Shown: positions 49,245 to 62,211 of the stretch, in pieces | How positions within the stretch are numbered: the first letter of the stretch is position 1 | How the letters are laid out: every line of letters starts with the position of its first letter | Assembly: GCA_951406725.2 (NCBI GenBank) | Contig: OX597829.1 | Span: 37,076,001 to 37,140,000, forward strand | DNA length: 64,000 nt | Direction: 5' to 3' | Origin: Octopus vulgaris | Lineage: Eukaryota | Position numbers and translations under genes: made by a program | Notes under the pieces: generated by a model | Seen by the model: only the letters and a program-made list of their open reading frames with translations | Told to the model about the DNA's origin: nothing | Databases searched by the model: none

Positions 49245-50308
49245 ATGAAAACAAAGCAGCAGAGGCTTAACATCGATCCAAAATGCCTTTGAATGTCGTA
49301 TCATATCCCTTCGACAACATCTTTTAAGCACCAAGTGTCGAAGTGCATCCCTTGACCAAGTTTGCTTACATGAGGCTGATAACATCATAAGATTTGGAAG
49401 GCAGCTCCTTGAGCAACATTCCTTGTCTGATAACCTTAAATACATGCCCAAAGAAGTCGCACAACTCTACCACAACTTATCAGATGGTGGGATGAGCCTA
49501 TATGAGCAGAAGATTATGCATAGATATGTTAGTAGAAAGTTCTGTGATGATAGTAACATTGATTATCAAAGCAGATTATCATGGACGAATAGCTGACTTA
49601 CTACCTCCTACTTTGAAGGGTATGCATTTGCAATCCAGGAACAGGAAATATCAACCAAATACCTGATGCACAAAAGGGACAGAAATGCAGGAAAAGCTGA
49701 AAAATGTGACAACCAATGCAGACTTTGTGGAGTTAACACCAAAGGTATCACTCACATTATAAGCAGTTGTCCAAAAATGTCATCATGGTATTATCTACTG
49801 ATTAGACAGGATTTTGTAAATAGGACACTCTATAATGAAATCCATCAGAAGGATAACCCCAAGGACAAAAAAATGAGAACCCACAGTATGGTAGAAGCCA
49901 TAGCCACTCATAATAAAAAGGAGTACCAGTGGAATGTCCCAGTGAAGACCTCAATAAAATGTAAGCACAACAGACCTGATATAATGATTTGGTATAGAGA
50001 AGAGAAACTGCACAGTTGTGGAAATTAGCTGCCCAGCGTATGTTAACATAAACCTGAAGATCAGTGAAAAAGAGAATATCTATGCTGAACTATTGAGAAA
50101 TCTGCAGTTACTCTATCCAGATTACAAGTTCAGGTTTATACCTATAATTATTGGGGCTCTGGGATATGTAACACACTGCCTAAATAACAATGTTGAGAAA
50201 TTAGGCTTCTCAAAACTAGAAAAGAGAAAGCTAATTCGAAGACTACATATCCAATCCATCACCAGAACTGTAAAAATCTGTAAAACTTTCCAGAAGTTCA
50301 TCATTTAA
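49245..50308 (+). mobile_element. R4/Dong-like non-LTR element 3' part (CCHC knuckle + restriction-like endonuclease)
   Basis: FAIQEQEISTK..CRLC..ITHIISSC..HNRPDIMIW..EISCP..EKENIY..PIIIGALG; frameshift near 50010. Confidence 0.85.
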
Positions 50309-50803
50309 ATATATATGCGCATGTCTAGATATGCAACTATATGCATGAGAATACATATATAACAAAACATGCAAATCTAGCTCTTTCTCTATTGGCAAAA
50401 AATCTTGAAATAAAACTGAGCAATTATATACATACATATGTGTATACACATGAACACTGATGCACACACCTTTACACAAAGATGCAAAAATAATGCAACT
50501 CCAATAATGGACAGAGTCAACAACGAAAATTTTAGAAAAAAGTAAATAAGCAAATGAGTGGAAATCAAACCAGTGAGTGTGTTCATCAATAAGGTATTAA
50601 AACAGAATGACTCACCTCAGATACAACGATATATATATTTCTTTATTGCCCACAAGGAGGGCTAAACATAGAGGGGATAGACAAGGGGATTAAGTCGATT
50701 ACATCGACCCCAGTGATTAACTGGTACTTATTTAATTGACCCCGAAAGGATGAAAGGCAAAGTCAACCTCACACAGTAATATATATATATGCATATACAT
50801 ATA

Positions 50804-50864
<61 letters not shown>

Positions 50865-51449
50865 AGTTAATAAATCATATGGTATACACCTGGTAATTTG
50901 CCAGTAAAGCACATTGACTGGCTCAGTGTTCATTGGGTATTTGATTGAAAGATACAGGACTCATTAATGAGAGAGAGACCAATATTATGGATCTTCTATA
51001 AGAATGAAGCTGTATACCTTAATTTTCCATTTCTATATACGAAGACCAAGAAGAATCTTGTGAAACAGTGTTTATTTTAATGAGAAACCTCTTGAAATCA
51101 TCTGAGGAGACATATCTACACTGAGGGATACACCTAAACCAGATATCCAGTATCCCACCCACAAAGGATGGATGCTATATTGGTCAAAACAATTGTAGTA
51201 ATCAATAAAGATACATCTCAGGGTCATACCCATAGACCCAACTTTTGACATTGATGGTGATGGAGGAAGTCCTGGTGTGGTGAGTGGTAATCGAAAGAGA
51301 GAAAGAGACACAGACAGAGGCCGAGAGAGAGAGAGAGAGAGAGACAGACTGACAGACAGAGTGAGACAGCAAGAGATAGGGGGTTAGGGTGGTCAGAACA
51401 CAAGGGAGAAAAATATTCTTTTGGGATTTGTGTGACATAGTTAATTTAG

Positions 51450-51482
<33 letters not shown>

Positions 51483-51624
51483 ATTGATAACATCAATATA
51501 TATATTTTTTATTGACTGAGTCAACCTAATTTTGTCCAGTTTCAGCCTTCCATACATTGTATACACGAGAAGAAATTTCATGTGTGTAATTAGAGCTTAA
51601 GTGTTGGTGTAACAATGATGTTCA

Positions 51625-51781
51625 GGTGATCTGATGAGCTACCTTTCTTTATTTGCATTAATTTCTGGATATAATTGCATTGTATAAAGCTATGCGTACA
51701 TGTTAATGCAAACATTTATGCATAATTTCTTCCATATTGGAATTATATGGCACAAAGAAGGTACTGAAACAGCTCTAACCC
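51625..51781 (+). ncRNA. Degenerate hammerhead motif with large branched stem II insert
   Basis: GGUGAU CUGAUGA GCUACCUUUCUU..AAGAAGGUACU GAAAC AGCU CUA ACCC; probable GUA->CUA change; internal hairpins tttgcattaa/ttaatgcaaa and ccatat/atatgg. Confidence 0.55.
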
Positions 51782-52149
51782 TATGGAATGCATCTGGTTA
51801 GATAAATATTTATTCACCTCTTATGTCTCCTGACTTTGTAATTTTATATACCCCTCATGGAATATCTTTATCACTTGGATTTTCTAGATTTTCAGTTGTA
51901 TGGACACTCTACATTACACTTATTTGTAATTGACTAGTATGTTGACTGTAATAGGCGCTACATGTGATCATCATCATTGTTCGCCCGTGGTCGAGACAAT
52001 GGAATTTACTATGTTACGCCAGACTTCACTGTCCATCATAGCATTACAGAGGTCCTGTTGCTGGATGCCTGTATCCCTGGAGATTACATCAGGGTAGGAA
52101 GAGTGTGCGCCCTCTGGTATTGCGAGCAGATGGTTTCATGTGATAGTAG

Positions 52150-52783
52150 CACGTTTGTTTTTGTCTTTTATTTTGTCAACTACACAGTGTAGTAGGGTCA
52201 GTTGCACATCATCTGTGAGAAAAACAGCATTATGATGCAATTCACTCTATCTGAAATTTGGAAATGACATGCTGTACTGCTTGGCATTTACACCAGAAGC
52301 TCCAGTACGAACGTTTCAGAGTGTTTGGGTGTCAGTCTGAGTCCTCAAAACATGTTCTGAGAGTGATAAAAATTAAACATCCAGTCAAAATCATAGTGTT
52401 TGGAGTGATCACTAGTGATGGCGATGTTATACCTCCAATCATCTTCCCACATGGCCTTTTTCTCAACACAGAGGCCTACATCAAGTGCTTGAAGTGGGTA
52501 GTGCTGCCTTGGGTCAAGAGGGTGACTGCTGGAAGACCCTATGTCTGGCAACAGGACTTTGCACCATGCCACACAACCAAGAGAACCCAGTCATGGCTGT
52601 CAAACAATTTCTACAATCACATCTTCCCTAACATCATGCTACCTAACTCCCCAGACTGCAACCCCCTTGATTATTATGTGCAGGATGCTGTTGAGTGAGA
52701 GACCAACAAAACTCTTTGTAACACCAAAGATGAACTGAAGGCAAGGATTATGGCAGCATTCACCAACTTAAACAAGGAGACCA
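52150..52783 (+). mobile_element. maT-family (DD37D) transposase fragment
   Basis: VFGVITSDG..VWQQDFAPCH..PNSPDCNPLDYY; 37 residues between the second D and the NPLD aspartate. Confidence 0.85.
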
Positions 52784-52787
52784 GCTC

Positions 52788-53140
52788 TCCATCCCCTATT
52801 CCCAATTCCTCTGTTTATGCAGACTCTGTAGTGACAACCACGACTTTGAAACTCAGTCTCAACTCATGACTTGCCACATCATCCTACGTGGATATCCTCT
52901 CACCACTATCTACACTGCCCTTGCCAGAGCATGTTCTATGGACTGTGCATCTGCTCTCTTCCCCACACCTACCCCACTGTCTCCTGTTTCCCCTCATCTA
53001 CCACCCTACCTCTCCAACACACCATTCTCTGAGCCTTCCGGTGACTCCAATCTGACTCCTTCACTTCGCATATCTCCTCTTACCGACTCCTCTCCTCCTT
53101 CAAACAAGCCCACAACCTCCGAGACCTCCTCTCTCTTCTC
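52788..53140 (+). mobile_element. Penelope-like RT thumb fragment followed by C-rich tract
   Basis: SIPYSQFLCLCRLCSDNHDFETQSQLM..LRGYP..SSFKQAHNLRDLL. Confidence 0.75.
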
Positions 53141-53938
53141 TTCTTCTCACACCTACTTCCTCCCACCCACCTCCTCTCTTGCTCTGGCACCTACTGCCTC
53201 CTCTTTTCAGTCCTACCCACCTTCTCCCTTCCACTCTCTCCCTTGTTACCCTACCCCTACACATTCCAACCCCACCATCCCTATACATCCCATCTCACCC
53301 CCACCTCATCCCTTAGACCCCACCCTTGCTTCCCCACCCTTGCTTCCCCACTCATGCCTCTCCCACACCCCAACACCACACCACCACCACATCACACCAC
53401 CCCTGCACACACTAGCACTGACCACTTTACAGCACCCCTTCACCATAATCCATACACCTACACATGCACACACGCACACGTCAATGTCACCAGCGTTTCA
53501 AAGGTAAGGACAAGATGTAACTTCATTAAAACAGTCCTTCCCGCATAGCAAATTAAATAAAATTTGAGATTTTTTGCAGAGGGTGAACAAAAACAGGACA
53601 GTGAGAACAAAATAGTAAAAACAAATGGTGAGGGCTGTTAAGCCAAGATGATGTGAAGTGCTGAATGCTAGAAAGACGAGCTTTGAGAAGAGACAGATAT
53701 AAGCACGTCTTGTCTTTAGGAAGGAAGTGGAAGAAAGAGAGAATGGCTGTTAGTCACGTGTGATCGAGAGAGTCAAGGAGGAAATATATAGATATATGTA
53801 TATAGGAAAGTATCATAGTTCGCTTGTAGCATTGCATATTGTTTGTAAAGAATGAAATATTTTGAATAACACAACAATGCATTATATAATACAAACGGTG
53901 GACTATAATAACTGTTGTAATCTAATCATCCATAGTCT

Positions 53939-53977
53939 GATATGATATTTCGGAATAAAATTCTTTCTTCAGATATC
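53939..53977 (-). ncRNA. Minimal 39-nt type I hammerhead ribozyme (dimer type)
   Basis: GAUAU CUGAAGA A AGAAU-UUU-AUUCC GAAA UAUC AUAUC; 5-bp stem I, intact core, loopless palindromic AUAU stem III, AUC triplet. Confidence 0.7.
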
Positions 53978-54254
53978 CCTAGGAATTGATGGAGTTGCTG
54001 CTATAATCGGTTTTCCAAAAAAAATTTTATTTGGCATCCAATTGTAGCACATTTCTCAGGTAGCTTGATTAACTCCAGAGTTGCCTTCTACCACAGATCA
54101 TATTTGTTCACTGTTTGTCACTTTAAATTTTAGTAATTCTATTTCTACCTTCATTTTCTCCACTTACTATTTTCCCCCCATAGTCATTTTTGTTCTTCAA
54201 GATTTTCTGGAATTTTATCTATAGTTTTCATGGAAGAACTGTTAGTTTTGAGTT

Positions 54255-54568
54255 TGAAGGGTTTAGCTGAATAAATCAACCCCTAGTAACTATATTTTCT
54301 ATAGGCCTGGTAATTGTTCTATCAGTCTCTTTTACAGAACCACTAAGTTATGGGGGATATAAAGAAACCAGCTTTGGTTTGACAACAGGACAAACTCATA
54401 CACAAAGATGCACACTTATAGATATGCATGTATATATATATGGCAGGCTTCTTTCAGTTTCCGTCTACCAATTCTGTTCACAGTAGAAAGCACTTGCCTG
54501 AGATGCCACACAGTGGGACTGAACCTGGAACCATGTGGCCAGGAAGCAAGCTTCTTACCACACAGCCA
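54255..54568 (-). mobile_element. Internally deleted copy of the tRNA-derived SINE
   Basis: Reverse complement of tggctgtgtggtaagaagcttgc..ggttcagtcccactgtgtggcatctcaggcaagtg. Confidence 0.8.
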
Positions 54569-54574
54569 TATATA

Positions 54575-55341
54575 CAGGGTGTGATGGGTAAATTGCCACC
54601 ATTTCATATTTTTAATTTCAGACATGCATTGTTTGTTTTTGATTTTGTCGACTACACAGTATAGTAGGGCCAGTTGGGCACCATCTCTGAGAAAAATAGC
54701 ACCATGACGCAGTTCACTCTACTAGAAATTTGGAAACAACATGCTGTACTGCTTGACATTCACACTGGAACCTTCAGTATGAAATTTTTCATGGTATTGT
54801 GTGCCAATCTGAGTCTCCAAAACTTGTACTGAGAGTGATAAAAATCAAACATCCAATCAACATCATGGTCTTTTAGTGATGGCATCATTATGCCTCCATT
54901 CATCTTCCTCAAACTCAATACAGAGGCTTACAGCAAGTGCTTGGAGGAGGTAGTGCTACCCTAGGTCAAGAAGGTGGCTGCTGGAAGACCCTATGTCTGG
55001 CAACAGGACTCTGCACCATGCCACACAAGCAGGAGAACCCAGTAATAGCTGTCACAATGTCTGTGATGACATCACTTCTTACATCTGGCCGCCTAACTCT
55101 CCAGACTGCAGTCCTCTTGATTATTATGTGTTGATTATTATTATGTCCATAAGAGTTGCTGGAGATCCAAAGTCATCTGGAGGCTGTGGTTGAAGCCAAT
55201 GGTAATTCTATTGAATAAATTTACTCTTTAGTATTTCAAGATATTTTTATGTAATTTTGGTAAATATATCTGTTAAAATGGGATGTGTGCGTTATTTTCA
55301 TTTTTGCGTAATTTAGATGACAGTTTAGTCACTGTACCCTG
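54575..55341 (+). mobile_element. Non-autonomous maT (DD37D) element with TIRs and TA TSD
   Basis: ta|cagggtgtgatgggtaaattgccacc ... gatgacagtttagtcactgtaccctg|ta; internal VWQQDSAPCH and WPPNSPDCSPLDYY; collinear with 52150-52783. Confidence 0.85.
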
Positions 55342-55844
55342 TACACACACACAAAAGTTTATATGTAATTTCTAGACTCTGTGTCTCTATATCTCTTATA
55401 ATTAATGCTATCTTTGAAAGTAATTATCTTCCATTTGAAATTCACTTTATCTCTTCATCTTGACTGGTGTATGAACTTCTCAATTAGATTTTAGCAGTTT
55501 TCATGCTACTATATCTTTATCTTCAGCTGTCAGATCATAACAAACAAATCTGCATGATTCTCAAACATATTCTTTGAGATTACTTATCTCTTCTAATCTA
55601 ACTTAATATACAGCTTTCAGGTTTTCCTTTTTTTTTTTTCTTAGTTTGTCCCATTGTTACTTTCTTAGTACTATAATTGCCTAGTATAGTAAATTATTTT
55701 CATTAAGGTATTTTTTTCTGAAAATGTGGTATCAGATGACTTGAAACAATGCATTGTGTAATAGTGATATTTATGATATTACAGAAGTGTATATAAAGAA
55801 TCCAGTCATTAAATTACTCTGTTTTGTTTTCCATTGTTATTTAA

Positions 55845-56600
55845 CCCCTTAATGGATTATCCCAAGTTTACTCGTGCATCGCAAATGTATCTTTTTAGAA
55901 CCAGACAAGTATACTCGGTCAAAATTAACTTTTAATTTTAGCACTCAAACGAGTTTATTTGCTCTGCGTCATTTCATTTTTGAGCAAGCACGAATTTACT
56001 CGCATTGTTTAAAAAAATAAGTATTTTTTCATTTGATGGATTTGGCTATCTGGAATGATTATGTTTTGTATAAAGCATCTTTGGAAACTTCAGCTTCTGC
56101 TATGAAACTGCTGAAATTTAGAATGCAAATAATCACCAAGATTATTGAAAAATATAGGCCCTTATTGTTTCCCACGAAACCAGGAAGACCATCATCGATT
56201 CCACATCCAACAAGATTTGCCCCAGCTGGTCACTTTCCCATGGAAATACCACCAAGTGATAAGAAAAAGAACCCTACAAGATAGTGTGCAAAATGCACAG
56301 AGAAGAGAGATGCTAAAGGAAAGAAGATTCGAAGAGAAAGCAGATACATGTATGATGTCTGCAAGATTTTAAAAATTATCATTCTAAATAAACTCTCATT
56401 TAAAAAAAAATTTCCTTTGATTTAAAAGCAATACATCTTATAAAAAATGGAAGATAGTTAAGTTATATGTATTTTTTCAATGTCCAAGTTAACTCATTTA
56501 AATCCAAATGAGTAAAAGTACATATTAATTTCTATAATAAAAAATAAAGGAAACAAGATAAAAAACATTTTTTTTGTAATTAACACAGTGTATATAATTA
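55845..56600 (+). mobile_element. Internally deleted piggyBac element (transposase C-terminus)
   Basis: ttaa|ccc left end; FFHLMDLAIWN.YVLYK..FRMQI..HFP..NPTR.CAKC..RESRYMYDVCK (cysteine-rich domain). Right end not located. Confidence 0.8.
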
Positions 56601-58708
56601 AAAAAGGAAATTAAATGCCATGTCAAAATAATTGATCCATTACTTTATTTTCATTCATTACTCATAATAGCTTGTATACCTGCATCCTATAAATGTATAT
56701 ATAAACACTAACACATTCTTGTGAGTACAGATATTGGAGTATAGTCTAATACTAGCAGTACCTGTGGAAATTCCATGGTAAATACAACATTTTTAGATGG
56801 TTTTAAGTTTACAGAGCCATAAAAATTAATGTTCCTTTATAAATGTATTCTACATTATTTTCATTTAAAAGCACCTTTCAGTTCTTCTGAATAAAGCTGT
56901 AATTGAAGGAACATGACTTTCCCATTCTTTCAGCTATTCAGGGGTTCAGTTATAAATCTAAGAGCTTCACATTGATAACAGGGAATATTCATGTCAACAA
57001 TGTTATAATTTTCCACCATATGCTTAGTTTTTTTGACATTCTATCTCATTTTCATTTTCTATTCTAGCTTGGATATATTTCCTTATCCATTGTAAATACT
57101 CAGTCTATACTCTTTGAATCAGATTTTTTTCTTCTACATGCTGATGCTCCTATGCTTGTTCTAGGGATTCGACCCTCTGCTTCTCTTTATGTCATTGCCT
57201 GTACCATCTCATTTTTTCTCTTGTTAGCTTACATTATCTGTTAATCCATATTTTATAAACAAATATTTTCAAGTAAGCAAACAATAAATTATTGCACTTA
57301 TGCACATGTGTTAAGTGACAGGTGATATAAAAACTTTTGTTCAATTAAAAAAAAATACACCTTTTACTATTCTTACACCACCATCATCATCATCATCACC
57401 ATCATCTTAGTTTTCAGTAATAAAGCTCAGTTGTTTGTTTGTATCAGCTTTTCTTGCTGTCAATACAAAGTTTGAATGACAAATTTTAAAGATATAACAT
57501 CCACAGCTGTTTTACAGCTTTTCATTGAAATGTTTACTATTGTAAGTTTACTATTATCATGTCTTAATGTAAGTCTTCATTCTACCATCTAGCCATTGAT
57601 GTATTTGTAAATGAGGATATAGATTAGATAAATAGATCAAGTAGAAGATATTAAAAAAATCAAATTAAAATGTTATTTTGTTGTCAGTCACAATAATTTG
57701 TGTTTAAACTTTCCCTCAACTAAACATATTTCTGTCTTTCTCTCTCTCACTTTTTCTCTCTCTCTCACTCTTCTATCTCTCTCTCTCACTCTTCTATCTC
57801 TCTCTCTCACTCTTCTATCTCTCTCTCTCTCTTACTCTTCTATCTCTCTCTCTCTCTCTATTTCTCTCTCTCTTTCTCTTTCTCTCTCTCTCTCTCACTT
57901 CAACAAACTTTTTAACCATGTAATTCCCATCTTCATGTCATCATTTCGCTCTTTCTCTTCATCTCTCACTTCCACTAACAACATGACAGCTTGATGCATT
58001 GGTTAGCAAAAACATTTCTACCAAAACCCCCCACCCTTCTCTCTGTTTGCCTTTCTTTATTCAAACCACTGGGACTTCATCCCTCAGCTAAACATTGTAT
58101 TTCAAACATCATTTTCTATATCAATCCCTTCAACTTTTTAACCAGTTATTTACTCCCTCACCCCTTTCTCCCTCTTTTTCATTCACCCTCTTTTTCTTTC
58201 TTCTTCTCTCCCTCTTTCTCACTTGCTCTTCACCTTTCCCTTCAACTAATCATGTGACAGCATTTTGGCCTTTTAAAACAACATCAAGAGAATATTGTCA
58301 CAATCACTATCCTTAAAACAACATCAAAAGAATATTATAGAAACAAAATTAATCCCTTTGTAACCAAAATAACATATTTTAACACTATTTATTTTTTTTT
58401 GCAACAATCCCAATGAGATTTTCAGACAATATAGAATATTGGCATGGACAATGAGATGCTTGGAAACCTAGTTCATCTTATGAGACACTAAGGATTGAGA
58501 TGTCATTTGCTAGTGTTGTTTACTGTGAAGGTTCTTAACAGTGAGTGAGATTTTGTATTAGTATGCAACTATATCAGAAAAGGCACTAAAACAATGTGAT
58601 CTCTGTTGTCCCAAGAGAAAATTTGAAAACCAAACCAAAGCAATCCAATTCATCTTTTTTTTTTTCTTTTTAGCATCAGGTTAACAAGGAGTCAGAATTT
58701 ATCAAACA

Positions 58709-59103
58709 CTAGCAGTATCGCCCGGCATTGCTCGGGTTTGTTTTGACCCTTTAGAATTGGGATTTTTGAAAAGTAAAAATTTTGCATTATGTAGCTTGTT
58801 ATTCTCTTTAAGTGAACATTTTTCTGCTTGAAATACACCAAAAAATGGCAACACAGCAGTAAAAAAAATCATAAAAAATAGGGATTTTCATAGAAAAAAA
58901 GCACCTTTTTGATGTAAATAATTTTTGGTCTTAACATGGTCCGATTTGAATTTTATCTTCTATGGAATGAAGAGCAAGCCTTCTTCTATCATACTCTCAA
59001 TTTTGGTTAACTTGCGCCAGAGCGTCTCGGAGGAGAGAGTGTTAGTTGAAGGCTACCAAAGCTGCCACACACAGACAACTTCGGCTTTATATATATATAT
59101 AGA
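58709..59103 (-). mobile_element. Short non-autonomous Helitron with canonical ends
   Basis: Minus strand A|TCTATATATAT...cccgagcaatgccggg hairpin...CTAG|T, no TSD. Confidence 0.85.
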
Positions 59104-59989
59104 TTTATCAATTAGCATTTCAACTATGCTCACCCTTTCTTTCCTATTATCATTCTTCCTCTATGAAGCTCAAATTTCAACTCAGTTTGTGAATAATACA
59201 AAATACAAAAAAAAAGAAAGAAAGAAAGAAAATTAATAAAATTTAATGCAATTCTTGATAAAGCAATTTAAAACATATTATTGCAATGTTATAGGATTCA
59301 AAATAATGCATAAGATTCATAAAAGAAAACCACATTAGACACTTCCACTATCATACATAAGAACACAGTCACAACCATTCAAAATACATAGTGGAGTAAA
59401 GTACAAATAAGTGATTCATTGTGCTCATTCTTGATAGAGTACTGCTAGATACTCAGAGAATGATGGCCTGCATATTGTCAAATGGTCCAGCTCAGAGGTG
59501 ATTTAAGAAATTGTGTACTTATTTTCTTTAATTTTGATCCATATTGTCTCTGTTCATCATCATCATCATCATTTAGCATCCATTTGTCCATGCTGGAATG
59601 GGCTGGATGGTTTGACCAGGACTGGCAAGCTGGAAGGCTACACCAGACTCCAGTCTGATTTGGTATGGTTTCTACAGCTGGATGCTCTTCCTAGCGTCAA
59701 CCACTCCGAGAGTTTAATGGATGCTTTTACACGCCACTGGCATGGGTGTCATTTGTGTGACACCAGTATCTGCTACGACTGTGATTTTACTTGGCTTGAT
59801 GGATCTTCTTCTCAAGCATGACATAATGCCAAAAGTCTTGGTCATTGCCTCTGTGAGGCCCAATGCTCGAAAGGCGTTAATTACATGCCACCGGCATGGG
59901 TGTCATTTACATGATACCAGCATCAAGTATAACTTGATGGGTCTTCTCTATCAATCACAGCTTATTGCCATATTCTCAATCTTACAATT

Positions 59990-61930
59990 GTGAAAATGAA
60001 GCACCACTAATAACTGCAACAAAATTTATTCCTTCACCAATGTATGCAGAATAGTTTACCAAATCACTTGTTAAAAGTCCCTTTAATAACAAGTAGTGGA
60101 ATCTCATTGAATTTGAGCATACTAAAACTAGTACATTTCATGCAGAATTGGTATCAACAGACTCAGCAGCTTCCTTCACTGCTGTAATAATACTTCTAAG
60201 GCTTGGATTTTCATTAAAGGAATTTCTTGATATTAAAAAAAGTTAACACTCTTGCCATATCTACTACATCTTCTGTTTCAGTACTGATTTGTCTTCTTAT
60301 TGTCCATTTGTAGTGTCTGAAACCCTTGTTTGTTCCCACATAACATAATTTATTTCTGTTCTGTTTGGAGACAATAAAAGCCAGAAAAGACATTTTTCTT
60401 CATCTCTCTCTCTCTTCTCTCTCTCATTTCACTTATCTTCATACTCCTCTTCAACACTTGTTCTATAATTAAGTCTGAAGAAAAGCTCACCCAATATTTG
60501 TCACTCCCCTAAAGACATGATGTCCTTGCTGGAAATGTTTTTACATCTCTGGCTGTGCACATTTGTAGTATTTATATTTTATTGGAGTACATATAGAGGG
60601 ACTTGGTTTATTTGTTAAGTCTTGCTTCAGTAGTATTTGCATGCATTTTGTAGCTAAATTTTAAAATGCAAGTTCCAGTTTCTAGTTCTCTCTGTTTTGA
60701 TAAAAGATTAACAATTTGTGCACCATATTTTGCTACCGAGCTATAAATTGGCTATGTATCTGTTCATATCATTTTATTCCATCTGAGCTTTTGGGACATG
60801 ACCTGTATAATTTCAGAGCCTTGCAAGCCATCCACCTAGATGGTATCACTGAGTAGCCATCATGTAATTCCTTTGCATTAAGAAACTCCAAATCTTTTAG
60901 CATCATTTTTTTAAGACAGCTTGTAGTTTGCAACTGTGTGCTTTTTCATGTTTTTCACTTAGATTGTATTTGGCAATGGTGTACCATAGGCTTGTGATGT
61001 CAGCAGTTTGTTTAATGTTTTACTTATTAAAATGTGACCATGGGTAGTTTTTGAGATTGCTTTGCCACTGAGCATGTTGGCTATTGAATTACTTGCAGTA
61101 GTTCTTTCATTTCAGAACCATCTGCACCTTAAAAAAAAAACCCTCACAGTTTGTTATTTGTTCTTTCATATGAATTAAATGAAATGATGTAGCACTTGAA
61201 TCAGCTAGGTAATGTTTTATTTTCCTAATGAAATCACTGAACATCGCCAGCTCATTATTTGGTGGTAGATATTCCATGTCAAGGATGCTACTGTTTGTAC
61301 TTCATCTTGTGGTCAACTGACTATAAAGTTGGTCAACAAATTTTAAAGCATTTGGCAGTTGCATCATCAGGTATATGTCTTCTCAGGTGTTTGCTTGCCA
61401 GTTCTGGCAAGTACATTATTGCCAGTACATTATCGGCCTGATGATTAACAGAATCTACTGCAGGTAGATCAAAGACAAATTCCATCTGTGATTCTATTAT
61501 AAAACTCCAGTTATCACATCTCATCTCCACATGCATCTAAAGCCCCAGTTTTGAAGTCATATATTCTTGGCATAAGTGAAAATGAATTTTTTTTTTTTTT
61601 TTTTTTCCATTATAAATGTTGCACAATAGAAGCAATTCTTCATGTAGTCAAAATGGTTTGTCACCTGGTCTTATTTCATGTTTCTGAGCTTCTGAAGATT
61701 CATTGTCTCTTCTTCACCTATGAGCTTCTATGTCAGATGATTTATAATTTCTTTTCAAAACACTGTACATACTTTTAAACTAGGCACTGTTGTTGTTGTT
61801 CTATCTCTTACTTCACTAGCTTTTTGATGTTTTCACTTGCTTTTAGTGTAAGCTTTGTGCCAGCTTCATTTTACAATTTAGATTTACTGCTAAACAGGCA
61901 CTGGAGTTCATCTATTTTCATTAATTCTTG
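59990..61930 (-). mobile_element. Heavily decayed large DNA-transposon ORF, probably Academ-type
   Basis: Pieces ANMLSGKAISKTTHGH, FIKTERTRNWNLH and HFQQGHHVFR.SDKYW..SSDLIIEQVLKRSMK resemble a widespread animal transposase family I associate with Academ; family name from memory. Confidence 0.5.
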
Positions 61931-62211
61931 GTTTATTTATTTATTATTCCCCTGGGAACAGAAAGAAGAGCAAAAACATATCTAGCAACTTATATATGCA
62001 AAAAAATAAATAATCTACATAACTACAGTGAAATTTTACCAACCCAGATGGTTCTTTTAAAATATGAAATGACTCATCAAATTGTCTGTTGTTGTTGTTG
62101 TTGCCGTTGTCGTTGGCGGCGGTAGTAGTGGTGTGTGTGTGTGTATGTCTGCATTCATATTTATACTTACAGTAGTTGTTGATAATTTCTGACATCATTA
62201 GTGAATGTAGA

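Noticed and set aside
52866-53507. 213-aa Pro/Ser-rich ORF
   Set aside because: Starts in a Penelope thumb remnant and runs into a C-rich tract; no host-protein signature.
56752-58350. Additional Helitron (CTAG + hairpin at 56752)
   Set aside because: One end looks right, but I could not define the other end or coding motifs.
58660-58710. Strong polypyrimidine-AG as the next WDR20 exon
   Set aside because: Downstream sequence does not encode the expected RLIDKSRVTC-like peptide and runs into a Helitron.
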